Assembly (NCBI RefSeq): GCF_964355755.1
Contig: NC_092674.1
Span: 3,596,001-3,660,000, forward strand
DNA: 64,000 nucleotides
Direction: 5' to 3'
From: Antedon mediterranea
Taxonomy: Eukaryota; Animalia; Echinodermata
How positions within the stretch are numbered: position 1 is the stretch's first letter; the number at the start of each line of letters is the position of its first letter. Below the pieces are notes generated by a model, which was not told where the DNA came from, did not search any database, and worked only from the letters and a program-made list of their open reading frames with translations. The position numbers were made by a program, and so were the translations under genes. Of this stretch, positions 29,240-39,309 are shown piece after piece.

Positions 29240-29278
<39 letters not shown>

Positions 29279-32200
29279 CAGTAACAAGTGTACATTATTG
29301 TAAATATAACAAATACATATATATTATATATATATATATATGTATATGTATTTGTTATATTTACAATAATGTACACTTGTTACTGAACTATGGAGAATTT
29401 TTTTTTTTCGAAATAAAAGAAGAATGAATGAATGAATTTATTTTCAATCTTTCTACATAACAACAAATATATAGTATAACAGGGGAGTAGCGGAAAAGCA
29501 AAAGTAAAGTAAATTTGAACCAGCCAAACATGTATGAAACATTATCCAGTAAGCACATTTTATAAGAAGCTTTTGTTTATTAAAATGGGTTTCTCTGAAA
29601 TTCCAGAAGTTTATTAAACATTGAAAATAACACAATCGCCTTTAAACAAAATGCTGTTCAAAAAAAGAATCGGTTGAAGCAAGCGTTCTTATAACATCCG
29701 ATAAAATGAAGGTTCAATAAAGTAGCCCTATTAACAAATGTATGAGGTCTCAGGCCTATCCCATATTAATTATTTTTATAGATACATTAATTTTAAGATT
29801 CCAGATACCGAATTGTTGTTTTTTTACATAACAAGTCATTTTTTCTTTGAATATAAATTCTGATTTAAGGACAAAATACTAAAATAAATACTTACACCAA
29901 AGGTGCATAAAAACGTGTTGATGTGGCGCTATATCGATGTCATTATCTTTGCATTCACCCTAGACGCACATAGTGTGACACCCCTACCATATTCTCGATG
30001 TGACGATCAATGTACCAATTAACATAATACTTCAGTAAAACTGATTATGTTTTTTCAAGAGATCAGCTATATCGTGTTGATTATAAAAAGGTGCAACTTT
30101 TAATTGATTGGGGATTAAACAAGTAAACTATTTATTCTTCTTGTCTTTACTCGTACAAAATAATATAACGGTCGCTAATTGGAAGTGTTTAAACTAAAGT
30201 GATCTATAATTGGAAGAGGACCCGTACAATTACTTGTTTTTTATCACATGATTATAAACTATTTATTCTTTTTGTCTTAACTAGTATTTATTCTTCTTGT
30301 CTTTATTCATACAAAATAATATAACGGTCGCTAAATGGAAGTGTCTTAAAGTAAAGTGACCTTTAATTGGAAAAGGACCAGTACAATTACTTATTTTTTA
30401 TCACATGATTAAAATCTATTTATTCTTCTTGTCTGTACTCATACAAAATAATATAACGGTCGCTAATTGGAAGTGTCTTAAAGTAAAGTGATCTTTAATT
30501 GGAAGAGGACCAGTACAATTACTTGTTTTTTATCACATGATTAAAATCTATTTATTCTTCTTGTCTGTACTCATACAAAATAATATAACGGTCGCTAAAT
30601 GGAAGTGTCTTAAAGTAAAGTGATCTTTCATTGGAAGAGGACCAGTACAATTACTTGTTTTTTATCACATGATTAAAATCTATTTATTCTTCTAATTGTC
30701 TGTACTCATACAAAATAATATAACGGTCGCTAATTGGAGGTGTCTTACAGTAAAGTGACCTTTAATTGGAAGAGGACCAGTACAATTACTTATTTTATAT
30801 CACATGATTATAAACTATTTATGCTTCTTGTTTTTATTCATAAAAAATAATATAACGGTCGCTAATTGGAAGTGTTTTAAAGTAAAGTGATCTTTCATTG
30901 GAAGAGGACCAGTACAATTACTTGTTTTTTATCACATGAATAAAATCTATTTATTCTTCTTGTCTGTACTCATACAAAATAATATAACGGTCGCTAAATG
31001 GAAGTGTCTTACAGTAAAGTGACCTTTAATTGGAAGAGGACCAGTACAATTACTTATTTTTTATCACATGATTAAAATCTATTTATTCTTCTTGTCTGTA
31101 CTCATACAAAATAATATAACGGTCGCTAATTGGAAGTGTCTTAAAGTAAAGTGATCTTTAATTGGAAGAGGACCAGTACAATTACTTGTTTTTTATCACA
31201 TGATTAAAATCTATTTATTCTTCTAATTGTCTGTACTCATACAAAATAATATAACGGTCGCTAATTGGAGGTGTCTTACAGTAAAGTGACCTTTAATTGG
31301 AAGAGGACCAGTACAATTACTTATTTTATATCACATGATTATAAACTATTTATGCTTCTTGTTTTTATTCATAAAAAATAATATAACGGTCGCTAATTGG
31401 AAGTGTCTTAAAGTAAAGTGATCTTTCATTGGAAGAGGACCAGTACAATTACTTGTTTTTTATCACATGATTAAAATCTATTTATTCTTCTTGTCTGTAC
31501 TCATACAAAATAATATAACGGTCGCTAATTGGAAGTGTCTTACATTAAAGTGACCTTTAATTGGAAGAGTACCCGTACAATTACTTATTTTATATTACAT
31601 GATTATAAACTATTTATTATTCTTGTCTTTATTCATACAAAATAATATAACGGTCGCTAAATGGAAGTTTCTTGAAGTAAAGTGACCTTTAATTGGAAGA
31701 GGACCAGTACAATTACTTATTTTTTATCACATGATTAAAATCTATTTATTATTCTTGTCTGTACTCATACAAAATAATATAACGGTCGCTAATTGGAAGT
31801 GTCTTAAAGTAAAGTGATCTTTAATTGGAAGAGGACCAGTACAATTACTTGTTTTTTTATCACATGATTAAAATCTATTTATTCTTCTTGTCTGTACTCA
31901 TACAAAATAATATAACGGTCGCTAAATGGAAGTGTCTTAAAGTAAAGTGATCTTTCATTGGAAGAGGACCAGTACAATTACTTGTTTTTTATTACATGAT
32001 TAAAATCTATTTATTCTTCTAATTGTCTGTACTCATACAAAATAATATAACGGTCGCTAATTGGAAGTGTCTTAAAGTAAAGTGATCTTTAATTGGAAGA
32101 AGACCAGTACAATTACTTATTTTATATCACATGATTATAAACTATTTATGCTTCATGTTTTTATTCATAAAAAATAATATAACGGTCGCTAATTGGAAGT

Positions 32201-33705
32201 GTCTTAAAGTAAAGTTATCTTTCATTGGAAGAGGACCAGTACAATTACTTGTTTTTTATCACATGATTAAAATCTATTTATTCTTCTTGTCTGTACTCAT
32301 ACAAAATAATATAACGGTCGCTAATTGGAAGTGTCTTACAGTAAAGTGACCTTTAATTGGAAGAGGACCAGTACAATTACTTGTTTTTTATCACATGATT
32401 AAAATCTATTTATTCTTCTTGTCTGTACTCATACAAAACAATATAACGGTCGCTAATTGGAAGTGTCTTAAAGTAAAGTGATCTTTAATTGAAAGAGGAC
32501 CAGTACAATTACTTGTTTTTTTGTCATATGATTAAAATCTATTTATTATTCTTGCCTTTATTCATACAAAATAATATAACGGTCGCTAATTGGAAGTGTT
32601 TAAATTAAAGTGATCTTTAATTGGAAGAGGACCAGTACAATTACTTGTTTTTTATCACATGATTAAAATCTATTTATTCTTCTTGTTTCTATTCATACAA
32701 AACAATAATAACGGTCGCTAATTGGAAGTGTTTAAATTTAAGTGATCTTTAATTGGAAGAGGACCAGTACAATTACTTGTTTTTTATCACATGATTATAA
32801 ACTATTTATTATTCTTGTCTTTACTCATACAAAATAATAAAACGGTCGCTAATTGGAAGTGTTTAATTTTAAGTGATCTTTAATTGGAAGAGGACCAGTA
32901 CAATTACTTGTTTTTTGTCACATGATTAAAAACTATTATTACTCTTGTCTTTACTCATACAAAACAATAAAAATGGTCGCTAATTGGAAGTGTCTAAACT
33001 AAAGTGTTCTTTAATTGGAAGAGGACCAGTATAATTACTTGTTTTTATTACATGATTATTATTATATTGTTATTTATTCTTCTTGTCTTTATTCATACCA
33101 AATAATATAATGGTCGCTAATTGGAGGTGTTTTAAGCCAAGTTATCTTTGAAAAATAAAAACTAGTTTGGCATTATTAACAAATAGTGGTCGTTAAAAAA
33201 AGACAAGTGCATGCGCAATCACGATCAAAACCTGAATCTCAAATCTCAACCACGGACGGTATTCAATCCAAGGGTCAGACATTATTAAACGCGCCGGACA
33301 GCATTAAATTGTTGGAAAACGCCCGCGAACCCGTTGAAACATGCAATTGGACATTATCCAATGCTGAAAAGTGTCCACCCGGACACTTTTGAATGATGGA
33401 CACATTTCAATCTTACACCGGCCCAGACGAGTTCAATAGGCCTACTAGGCCTAGTGGTAGTACTGTAGTAGAGTAGGTAGCCTAGCTAGGCCTAAACTAC
33501 TACTAGCGTAGATATACTATTACTACACTAGCCTAGGAGGCCTAGGAAGCCTAGGCTAGATAGATAGAGTAGAGGTCAGCTGCTGTACTACATCACGCGC
33601 AAACGGTATTAATGTAATAAATATTAGTTGCCTACCTTGTAAAGAAGAGCTTGAACTTACACTTTTTTGTGCAACTAAACCTAGTCCACGAAGTAACTTG
33701 TACAT
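14310..33705 (-). CDS. AGMAT: Agmatinase / guanidino-acid ureohydrolase, paralog A (~361 aa, 7 exons)
   Basis: Exons 33705-33636, 17738-17598, 17242-17117, 16975-16791, 16374-16174, 15475-15331, 14527-14310. Ureohydrolase motifs RFGPRQIR, GGDHT, HVDAHND, HGTPF, SFDIDALDP, DLVEVSPPYD. Exon 3-6 sizes identical to paralog B. Confidence 0.9.
15001..15075 (+). mobile_element. tRNA-like SINE head fragment
   Basis: A-box-like TAGCTTGGTGG and B-box-like GGTTCAATCC; similar degraded fragment near 55410-55455. Confidence 0.4.
19338..20316. mobile_element. Foldback/inverted-repeat element with GACCACCTCT-type minisatellite arms
   Basis: 19338-19570 is the reverse complement of ~20070-20316. GACCAC repeats switch to GTGGTC around the palindrome ACCACCTCTATTGAGGTGGT (~19842-19861). 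A left-arm copy lies at ~23290-24010. Confidence 0.7.
21210..21639 (+). mobile_element. Candidate solo LTR (~430 bp)
   Basis: TGTAAT...GTGACA ends, flanks GCCAC/TCCAC (4/5 match), internal TATA (GTATATAAAGGG ~21386) followed by ATTAAA (~21515). Confidence 0.5.
21865..27688 (+). CDS. Ginger1 transposase: HHCC zinc finger + DDE integrase + GPY motif + OTU protease domain (~847 aa, 3 exons)
   Basis: Exons 21865-22112, 24760-24959 and 25593-27688 join in frame (AC|T, G|GT). Motifs: IH..AHGGHLG...RYYW...CDQC; GMDIVGP, ITDQGREF, YHPQTGGQTERFN; WTGPY; PPKKRKR; GDGNCLFRALS...WG...HF. Confidence 0.9.
23290..24010. repeat. Second (one-armed) copy of the GACCAC-minisatellite element, in transposase intron 1
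   Basis: Shares ACGAAAATTGC...CAGCTAATG...TAGCTATCCATCTATCCACGTCTCGTAA with 19440-19560, followed by many (C)GACCACCTCT units. Confidence 0.7.
25370..25500 (+). mobile_element. SINE/L2-like 3' tail fragment in transposase intron 2
   Basis: GGGGTAATACTGTTCAGCGCATAGAGGTTTTACAACATTAGGCGCTATGTAAATCC+(ATT)n matches the tail of the SINE at 61194-61450. Confidence 0.7.
26500..26735 (+). repeat. Coding tandem repeat (NIPTSKN.DIT.DDH) between the integrase and OTU domains
   Basis: AACATACCTACATCCAAGAA repeated about 5 times in frame. Confidence 0.85.
28828..28899 (-). tRNA. tRNA-like sequence, anticodon ATC (Asp-like); possible pseudogene or SINE head, copy 1
   Basis: GCCCCAG-TG-GTCTAACGGTTAGGAC-A-TCTGC-ATATCAA-GCAGG-CGGT-CCGAG-TTCGAGT-CTCGG-TTGGGGC-G folds into a cloverleaf. 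Confidence 0.6.
29094..29165 (-). tRNA. tRNA-like sequence, anticodon ATC, copy 2 (weaker anticodon stem, followed by TTTTT)
   Basis: Same layout 266 bp away, as part of a duplicated ~270-bp unit; T-run just 3' resembles a Pol III terminator. Confidence 0.5.
30125..33150. repeat. Satellite array, 132-bp unit, ~23 copies, inside the Ginger element
   Basis: Unit ATACAAAATAATATAACGGTCGCTAATTGGAAGTGTCTTAAAGTAAAGTGATCTTTAATTGGAAGAGGACCAGTACAATTAC...; period 132 (30441->30573); 23 GGTCGCTAA anchors counted. Confidence 0.95.
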
Positions 33706-34231
33706 CTTTCTTTTTTGGTGAACACACATAAATACATACACACGTACCGAGTACAGCAAAGGATTTAACCAGGCGCGCGAACGTTGAATGTTAAGAATAG
33801 GGTTTTTTCCCAGGGAAAATATGGGCGGCCGTTGGAGAAAAATAAACAAATCGCGTTTAGAACAATACGTGGTATTCAGGTGTACAGTGCATGTAGGAAT
33901 TGTTTATTGATAGCCTTGGTAGAAAGTTTTTCTGTTAAATCAATCTATCTGTGAAGAAATCTGAAAATAACAACGGATTGCCGAACAATGCTTCTCCCTG
34001 ACCTAGCTATACCATAGAGCTATACAATTTTTATTTTATATATTAATACTATTGTCCATAATACAATTGCAGAGACTGATTAATTTTGTGCCCCAACGAA
34101 CCAGTAGTCATTAGTAAATCACGTGTTTAATGAATTAGCTCTTACAATTCACATTACAGGGGCGCAAACTGTAGGTTAGGAAGTCGTGGAATACATTGAC
34201 CTTTTAATTTATATCAAATTGTATTAGCACA
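33706..34231. promoter_or_regulatory. Putative bidirectional promoter between the two agmatinase paralogs
   Basis: 526 bp between divergent ATGs; locally CpG-richer (GGCGCGCGAA, GGGCGGCCG). Confidence 0.55.
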
Positions 34232-37200
34232 ATGTTTAAAGGAGGCCTAGTTTGTGCAAGTGTGTCTACTCGATGTTTTAGCCGTTTTGTAGCATCGAAC
34301 GTGGAATTAAGCACCGGCTTGGCTTCGGCTACTAGACGTTGCAAATCGACGAAGGGTAGGTAACACAACATGCTTTTTATTGTATATAAATTCATTCAAC
34401 TTAGAATCATGGGCGTATAAAAATTATACTGCCGTACGGCCGAATAATAATACTGTCTGCAGCTCAGCAGTATGGCCACGTTGAGATCGAGTCGAGCCTG
34501 TGACTAAATTCCTCTCTTGACACTGGTTACTATCCAGTGGTGGACCGAGTGTTATAGGTGAATATACGTTCCCCTCTTCCTAAAAAAAGTTAAATATCCC
34601 CACGGCGGTGACTCGGAGTGATAGGTGTACCCTATACCCAACTAACGCTGCGTTAAATATTATTTATTTGTTGGAGAGACACACCTTACCGGTGACAGCG
34701 TTTGTTTAATGCTTTTGTCTTTCCTCGGCCTCGTGTCTTGTTTTTCATATATATATATATATATATTTTTTTATGTTTTTTTTGTAATTATTATTTTATG
34801 TTTATTGCCGAAATGAATAAAATAAAAATAATTTTATTATACAGGTTTTGCAAGGCTATCTCCATCATTATGTTATTCAACTTCTTCAAAACGTGGCAGT
34901 GAGTTTAACCGCCCTTTAACGGGCAATGATATGCCGAGACCTGGCGGGATTGCATCGATGTTCAGGCTACCCATCCACGAAAACACTGATGGTAATTTTA
35001 CGTTATCTAAATGTAGTCTGACAAGTGTAGATTTATTATATAACGCACGCAAATGCGGTCAATATACGTACTGTTAATCTATTATGCAACAGCTGTACAT
35101 GTAAATCATTATTTATAGGCTAGTCTATTACCGTACAGAAGTAACTTAACTTTCTTTTAAATATGTTCAGATCTTGACGTATGTTTTGTTGGGATTCCAC
35201 TTGATATCGGCGTTGCAAACCGATCCGGTACCAGGTTTGGACCGCGTCAGATCCGCACGGAATCACCGATGATACGACTGTGTAACCCTGATACAGGTAG
35301 GCCTACGAGGTTATTTAAGACGTGATTCATTCTGGGAGAGGCAGCCTTCAACCCACACTCTAAAGCTTGATTCCCACTAGAGGAAGCAACGCAAGGACGT
35401 AACGCAACGCAAAGTGATTTGATCAATCTCGCCTCAAGCGATGGATTATTCTAACAGTCGCGTGTGATTGGTCAACTCGCTTGCGTTTCGTCTTGTACGG
35501 TCTTGTCCTTGCGTTACGTCTCAGCTGGTCTCAGTTGGAACCGAGCTTAATACCGGTACTGCACATTGAATCCAGCGAATACTGACGTCCTTCATATGGA
35601 ACCCCATTCATTCATCCTGCATAGGCCTTCTTCTTCTTCTCTAGTATGTCTACATAAAGCTCTATATACTATCAAAGTTTGATGTGATGTGCCCATATAT
35701 GGACATGATGATGTTATATCACTACCATATTTGGGCATATCACTATCTTATTTAGGTACATCACGGTGTAGAAAGAGCTTTAGAACATGCATGATAACAA
35801 TACATTGGTTATTTTTCACAGGTGCGGCACCATTTGAATCGCTGCAGGTCGGTGACGTAGGAGATGTCAACATCAATGTGTACAACCTGCCGAAAGCTTG
35901 TGATGATATAACAGCCCACTATAAGAAGCTGATAGCTAATGGGTGTAAAACGTTAACAATGGGTGGCGACCACACGCTGGCATACCCTGTCTTACGAGCT
36001 ATTGGGGTAACGCTTTGATAACTAGCTTAGCTCTTTTGGTATAATACGCAAACAACATGTTTTCTCTGAAAAGGCTGGTTCCCACTAGAACGCAACCCAA
36101 GGACGTAAACGCAAGGTATCGACGACGCAAATTGCCGTGAAAAACATAACACTGCGTGTCGTCAAAGATGGGAAACTCAGTGTTTCTACTTACTGCGTAC
36201 GTTGCAAAATATTAAAATTAAACTTGTCGTAAGAGGATGCGAAACTTTTTTCTCACGTCGCATCGGTCACGTTGTGGCAAAATTTATTTTCTAGTGGGAA
36301 CCAAGCTTTACGCATTATATGAACACTAAAAATATTCGTGATGCGCTTACGTTTGTTATGCGTTTACGTTTGTTATGCGTTTACATTTACGTTCGTAATG
36401 CGTTTACGTTTACATTCGTAATGAGTTAACGTTTTTAATGCGTTTACGCTTGTTATGCGTTTACGTTCGTATGTGTTTACGTTCGTAATTAGTTTACGTT
36501 CGTGATGCGTTTACGTTTGTGACGAGTTTACGTTTGTTATGCGTTTACGTTCGTGATGAGTTTACATTCGTGATGCGTTTACGTTTGTGATGCGTTTACG
36601 TTTGTGATGCGTTTATGTTTGTGATGCGTTTACGTTCGTGATGCGTTAACTTTGCAGAGAACCTAGTTTTAGTGTTCTAGTACCGTACCGTACCTAATCC
36701 TTTACCCGTGATTTAGTTGTTCTGATAGTTTGCCATATAGATATTTACTTTAGATTTTTTTCAGGATAAATATGGGCCGGTCGGACTCGTTCACATTGAC
36801 GCACACAATGACACCGAAGACACGATGTGTGGAGAGAAGATCACTCACGGAACACCGTTCAAAAGAGCTTTTGATGACAACTTAATCGATCCAAAACGAT
36901 CAATCCAGATAGGCCTACGTGGGCCCTCAAATGATATATATGAACACCAATGGGCCTTAGAAAAGGTAAGCAAGGAGAATAAGATACAACCTGTTTTCCA
37001 TCAGACTATCTATTCGCGCCAATCGGACATTGACGAGCTCTCTGATTGGTTGGAACATTTTTCCTCGCGTCATACAAACATACAAATATCAATACATTAT
37101 AATAATATGCGAATAAATCAAGAAGTCAGTCATTGAATTGACAAAGATCAGATAAACATGAGAAACCTCAATCCTCTTCCCACATTTTCTAACGACATGA

Positions 37201-38004
37201 ATCTTGTCGTTACGACAAAAAGTCCTCCATCTGGTTAACCAGATGTTGGTCTTCCTTTCTGACAAATCGTCGTTGTCTAGTCAGCGTCCGCCAAATCCAC
37301 CATCACTCGCTTAGCAATTTATCGTACTCGTAGATCTCGCGGATTTCATGGAATTTTTTAAGCATGTTTATAATTTACTGTACTTTAGGGGTTTCGAGTT
37401 GTTACCGGAAAAGAGTGTTGGCATAAGTCTCTAGAACCATTGATGGTGGAAGTGCGAGAAATGATGGGCGATGGACCAGTCTATCTCAGCTTTGATATTG
37501 ATTCTCTAGACCCGTCTATTGCTCCGGGAACTGGTAAGTAGAAATCTAACACATGACGCTGAGCTCCGGAGATCAAAGGTTTATTTGTGGCTGCGACACG
37601 ATCCCTTAACACACAGTGTGCCGCGGAGAGTATGTACACATAGTAGACCTAACAGTACTTTTGATATTTGTCGCAGCCAGACATAAGACCAAAGGACTGT
37701 TGCATTAATTTTATTAACAAATTATTGTTGGTTTATCAAAAGTAGCATATATTCTTTATTGTCTCTGAAGCTTTCTAATAAACAAAAAATGTATTTATTT
37801 ACAGGTACACCTGAAATTGCTGGATTAAATATAATACAAGCATTAGAGATAATCCGAGGATTAAAGGGACTTAATCTGGTTGGTTGTGATTTAGTCGAGG
37901 TTTCACCACCTTACGATCCTCTTGGTACAACCGCTCTGATCGCTGCTAATCTTCTCTTTGAGATGTTGTGTGTTCTACCTGGTGTCAAGTACTATGATGT
38001 CTAA
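34232..38004 (+). CDS. AGMAT: Agmatinase / guanidino-acid ureohydrolase, paralog B (~375 aa, 7 exons)
   Basis: Exons 34232-34355, 34845-34991, 35171-35296, 35822-36006, 36765-36965, 37389-37533, 37805-38004. Arg/Ser-rich transit-peptide-like N-terminus; GGDHT, HIDAHND, SFDIDSLDP motifs. Confidence 0.92.
36335..36650. repeat. Minisatellite, ~17-bp unit (TGCGTTTACGTT(C/T)GTGA)
   Basis: Directly visible repeats in agmatinase B intron 4. Confidence 0.85.
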
Positions 38005-38719
38005 GTACAACACTAAGACCGGTCAGAGATTTTTAAAAGACTTTAGGTTAACTATTGAACAACTCTCCGTATTAGGCCTACCAGTATCCGGCAAAATATG
38101 TCTATAGGCGTATGTAGAATTTGGTTTAGCAAGAAATGTAGTATTATTACTTACATATTCCCTGACATAACTAGGCCTACTCGTTATTTACAGGGCCGCC
38201 GGGAGAATCGAAGTGCGAAAATTGACAATAATTCGTCATCGTTTCTTATAAGGGAAAAAATGTTATTGCAATTAAAGTATAATCACAAACAACAACCAAT
38301 ATTACTCATTTTATTTCATCTTATTAATAGAGGGTGACCCTAAACAGCGTATGCCGACAATCTTGATGAGTTATGATAAGTGTCTGTGTGTGTGACAGTG
38401 GCTGTGTGTATACTAGAGTACACACCGGGCTAACCCAATTGATAATCGTATAACTCCCTATTTAAACTACAAAATAAATAATGTACTAAATCAGCACTGC
38501 TGACTCTTATGGCAGCCCCTGCATCTAGTATCTGCCTCATACGTATTGGCTTATGACTTTCCTCTGGTCAAGGTGGGCACTGGACGAGAGAAGCCCTGAT
38601 CAATGTTAGGACCAATCAAGGTGCTTTAAAATAGTCCTGGCTTTGTTGTTAGTGTTAGTGGCGGTAATTATCGCTGTTGGTTTCGATTGAATAAAATAAA
38701 AAAAATAAATAAAATAAAA

Positions 38720-39190
38720 AGTAATTTATTTTGGAAGGTCATTCCAAAGAATAGCAGCTGACCAGGAAAGGCGCGTTGTCCATATTGGCCTCAGTAAAAC
38801 CTCTGAAGATGACCTCAGTCAGTGTGGCTTGTATGAAGAAATAATGTCGGATAGAAATGTTGGAGCCATGTTATGAAGTGATTTAACTGTGATGAGGAAA
38901 ATCTTGTACATTACTCTTTTTTCAACTGGCAACCACCAATGTAGCTGTTCCAATACCGGTGTTATGTTGTGACATCATTGGCGTAACTGCTATGGGCGCT
39001 CACTGGTTAAACCCAGGGGCCCCGGATGTCCAGCGGAAAAAACAGGCATTGTCGAAAAGACTAAAAACACCCGAGACCTCCAGCGTTGAAGGGCCACTTG
39101 GGTTTCTAAGCTAGGGGCCTCAGACCTCTGTGTTACGCCACTGTGTGACATACTGGGAGGATGCGAAGAACCAGACGGGAATAAAGACAA
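38720..39190 (-). mobile_element. Degraded L2/CR1-group LINE 3' fragment
   Basis: Minus-strand translation ITPVLEQLHW.LPVEKRVMYKIFLITVKSLHNMAPTFLSDII...LRSS...LWNDLP, typical of an L2 ORF2 C-terminus; interrupted by a MITE. Confidence 0.7.
38976..39143. mobile_element. hAT-like MITE, 168 bp
   Basis: CATTGGCGTAAC...GTTACGCCACTG with a perfect 8-bp TSD TGTGACAT; similar ends at ~11059-11204. Confidence 0.85.
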
Positions 39191-39309
39191 TAAATAATCA
39201 TGCTAGCTATTACGCCACCAACGTTTGAGGGCTAATCGATATCGATCTTTGATAATCGAATTACTAGAGTATTGGACACACAGATAGGCCCACTACAAAT
39301 AGTCTTACA

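Larger units (their letters stand above)
18132..33417 (+). mobile_element. Ginger1-type DNA transposon, 15,286 bp
   Basis: Left end TGTAAGATTTAAATCTGTCC...AAAGTGTCCACTGGACAATTTTCAGCATTG; right end is its imperfect reverse complement (...TGGACACATTTCAATCTTACA). CCGG at 18128-18131 and 33418-33421. Encloses a Gypsy-like integrase gene with no gag/RT/RNaseH recognised. Confidence 0.88.

Noticed and set aside
28885-29427. 163-aa and 68-aa ORFs
   Set aside because: They run through (TA)n microsatellites and the tRNA-like repeat; compositionally spurious
30125-33150. Possible CRISPR-like array
   Set aside because: Whole 132-bp units repeat with no unique spacers, no cas genes, and the context is eukaryotic; it is a satellite
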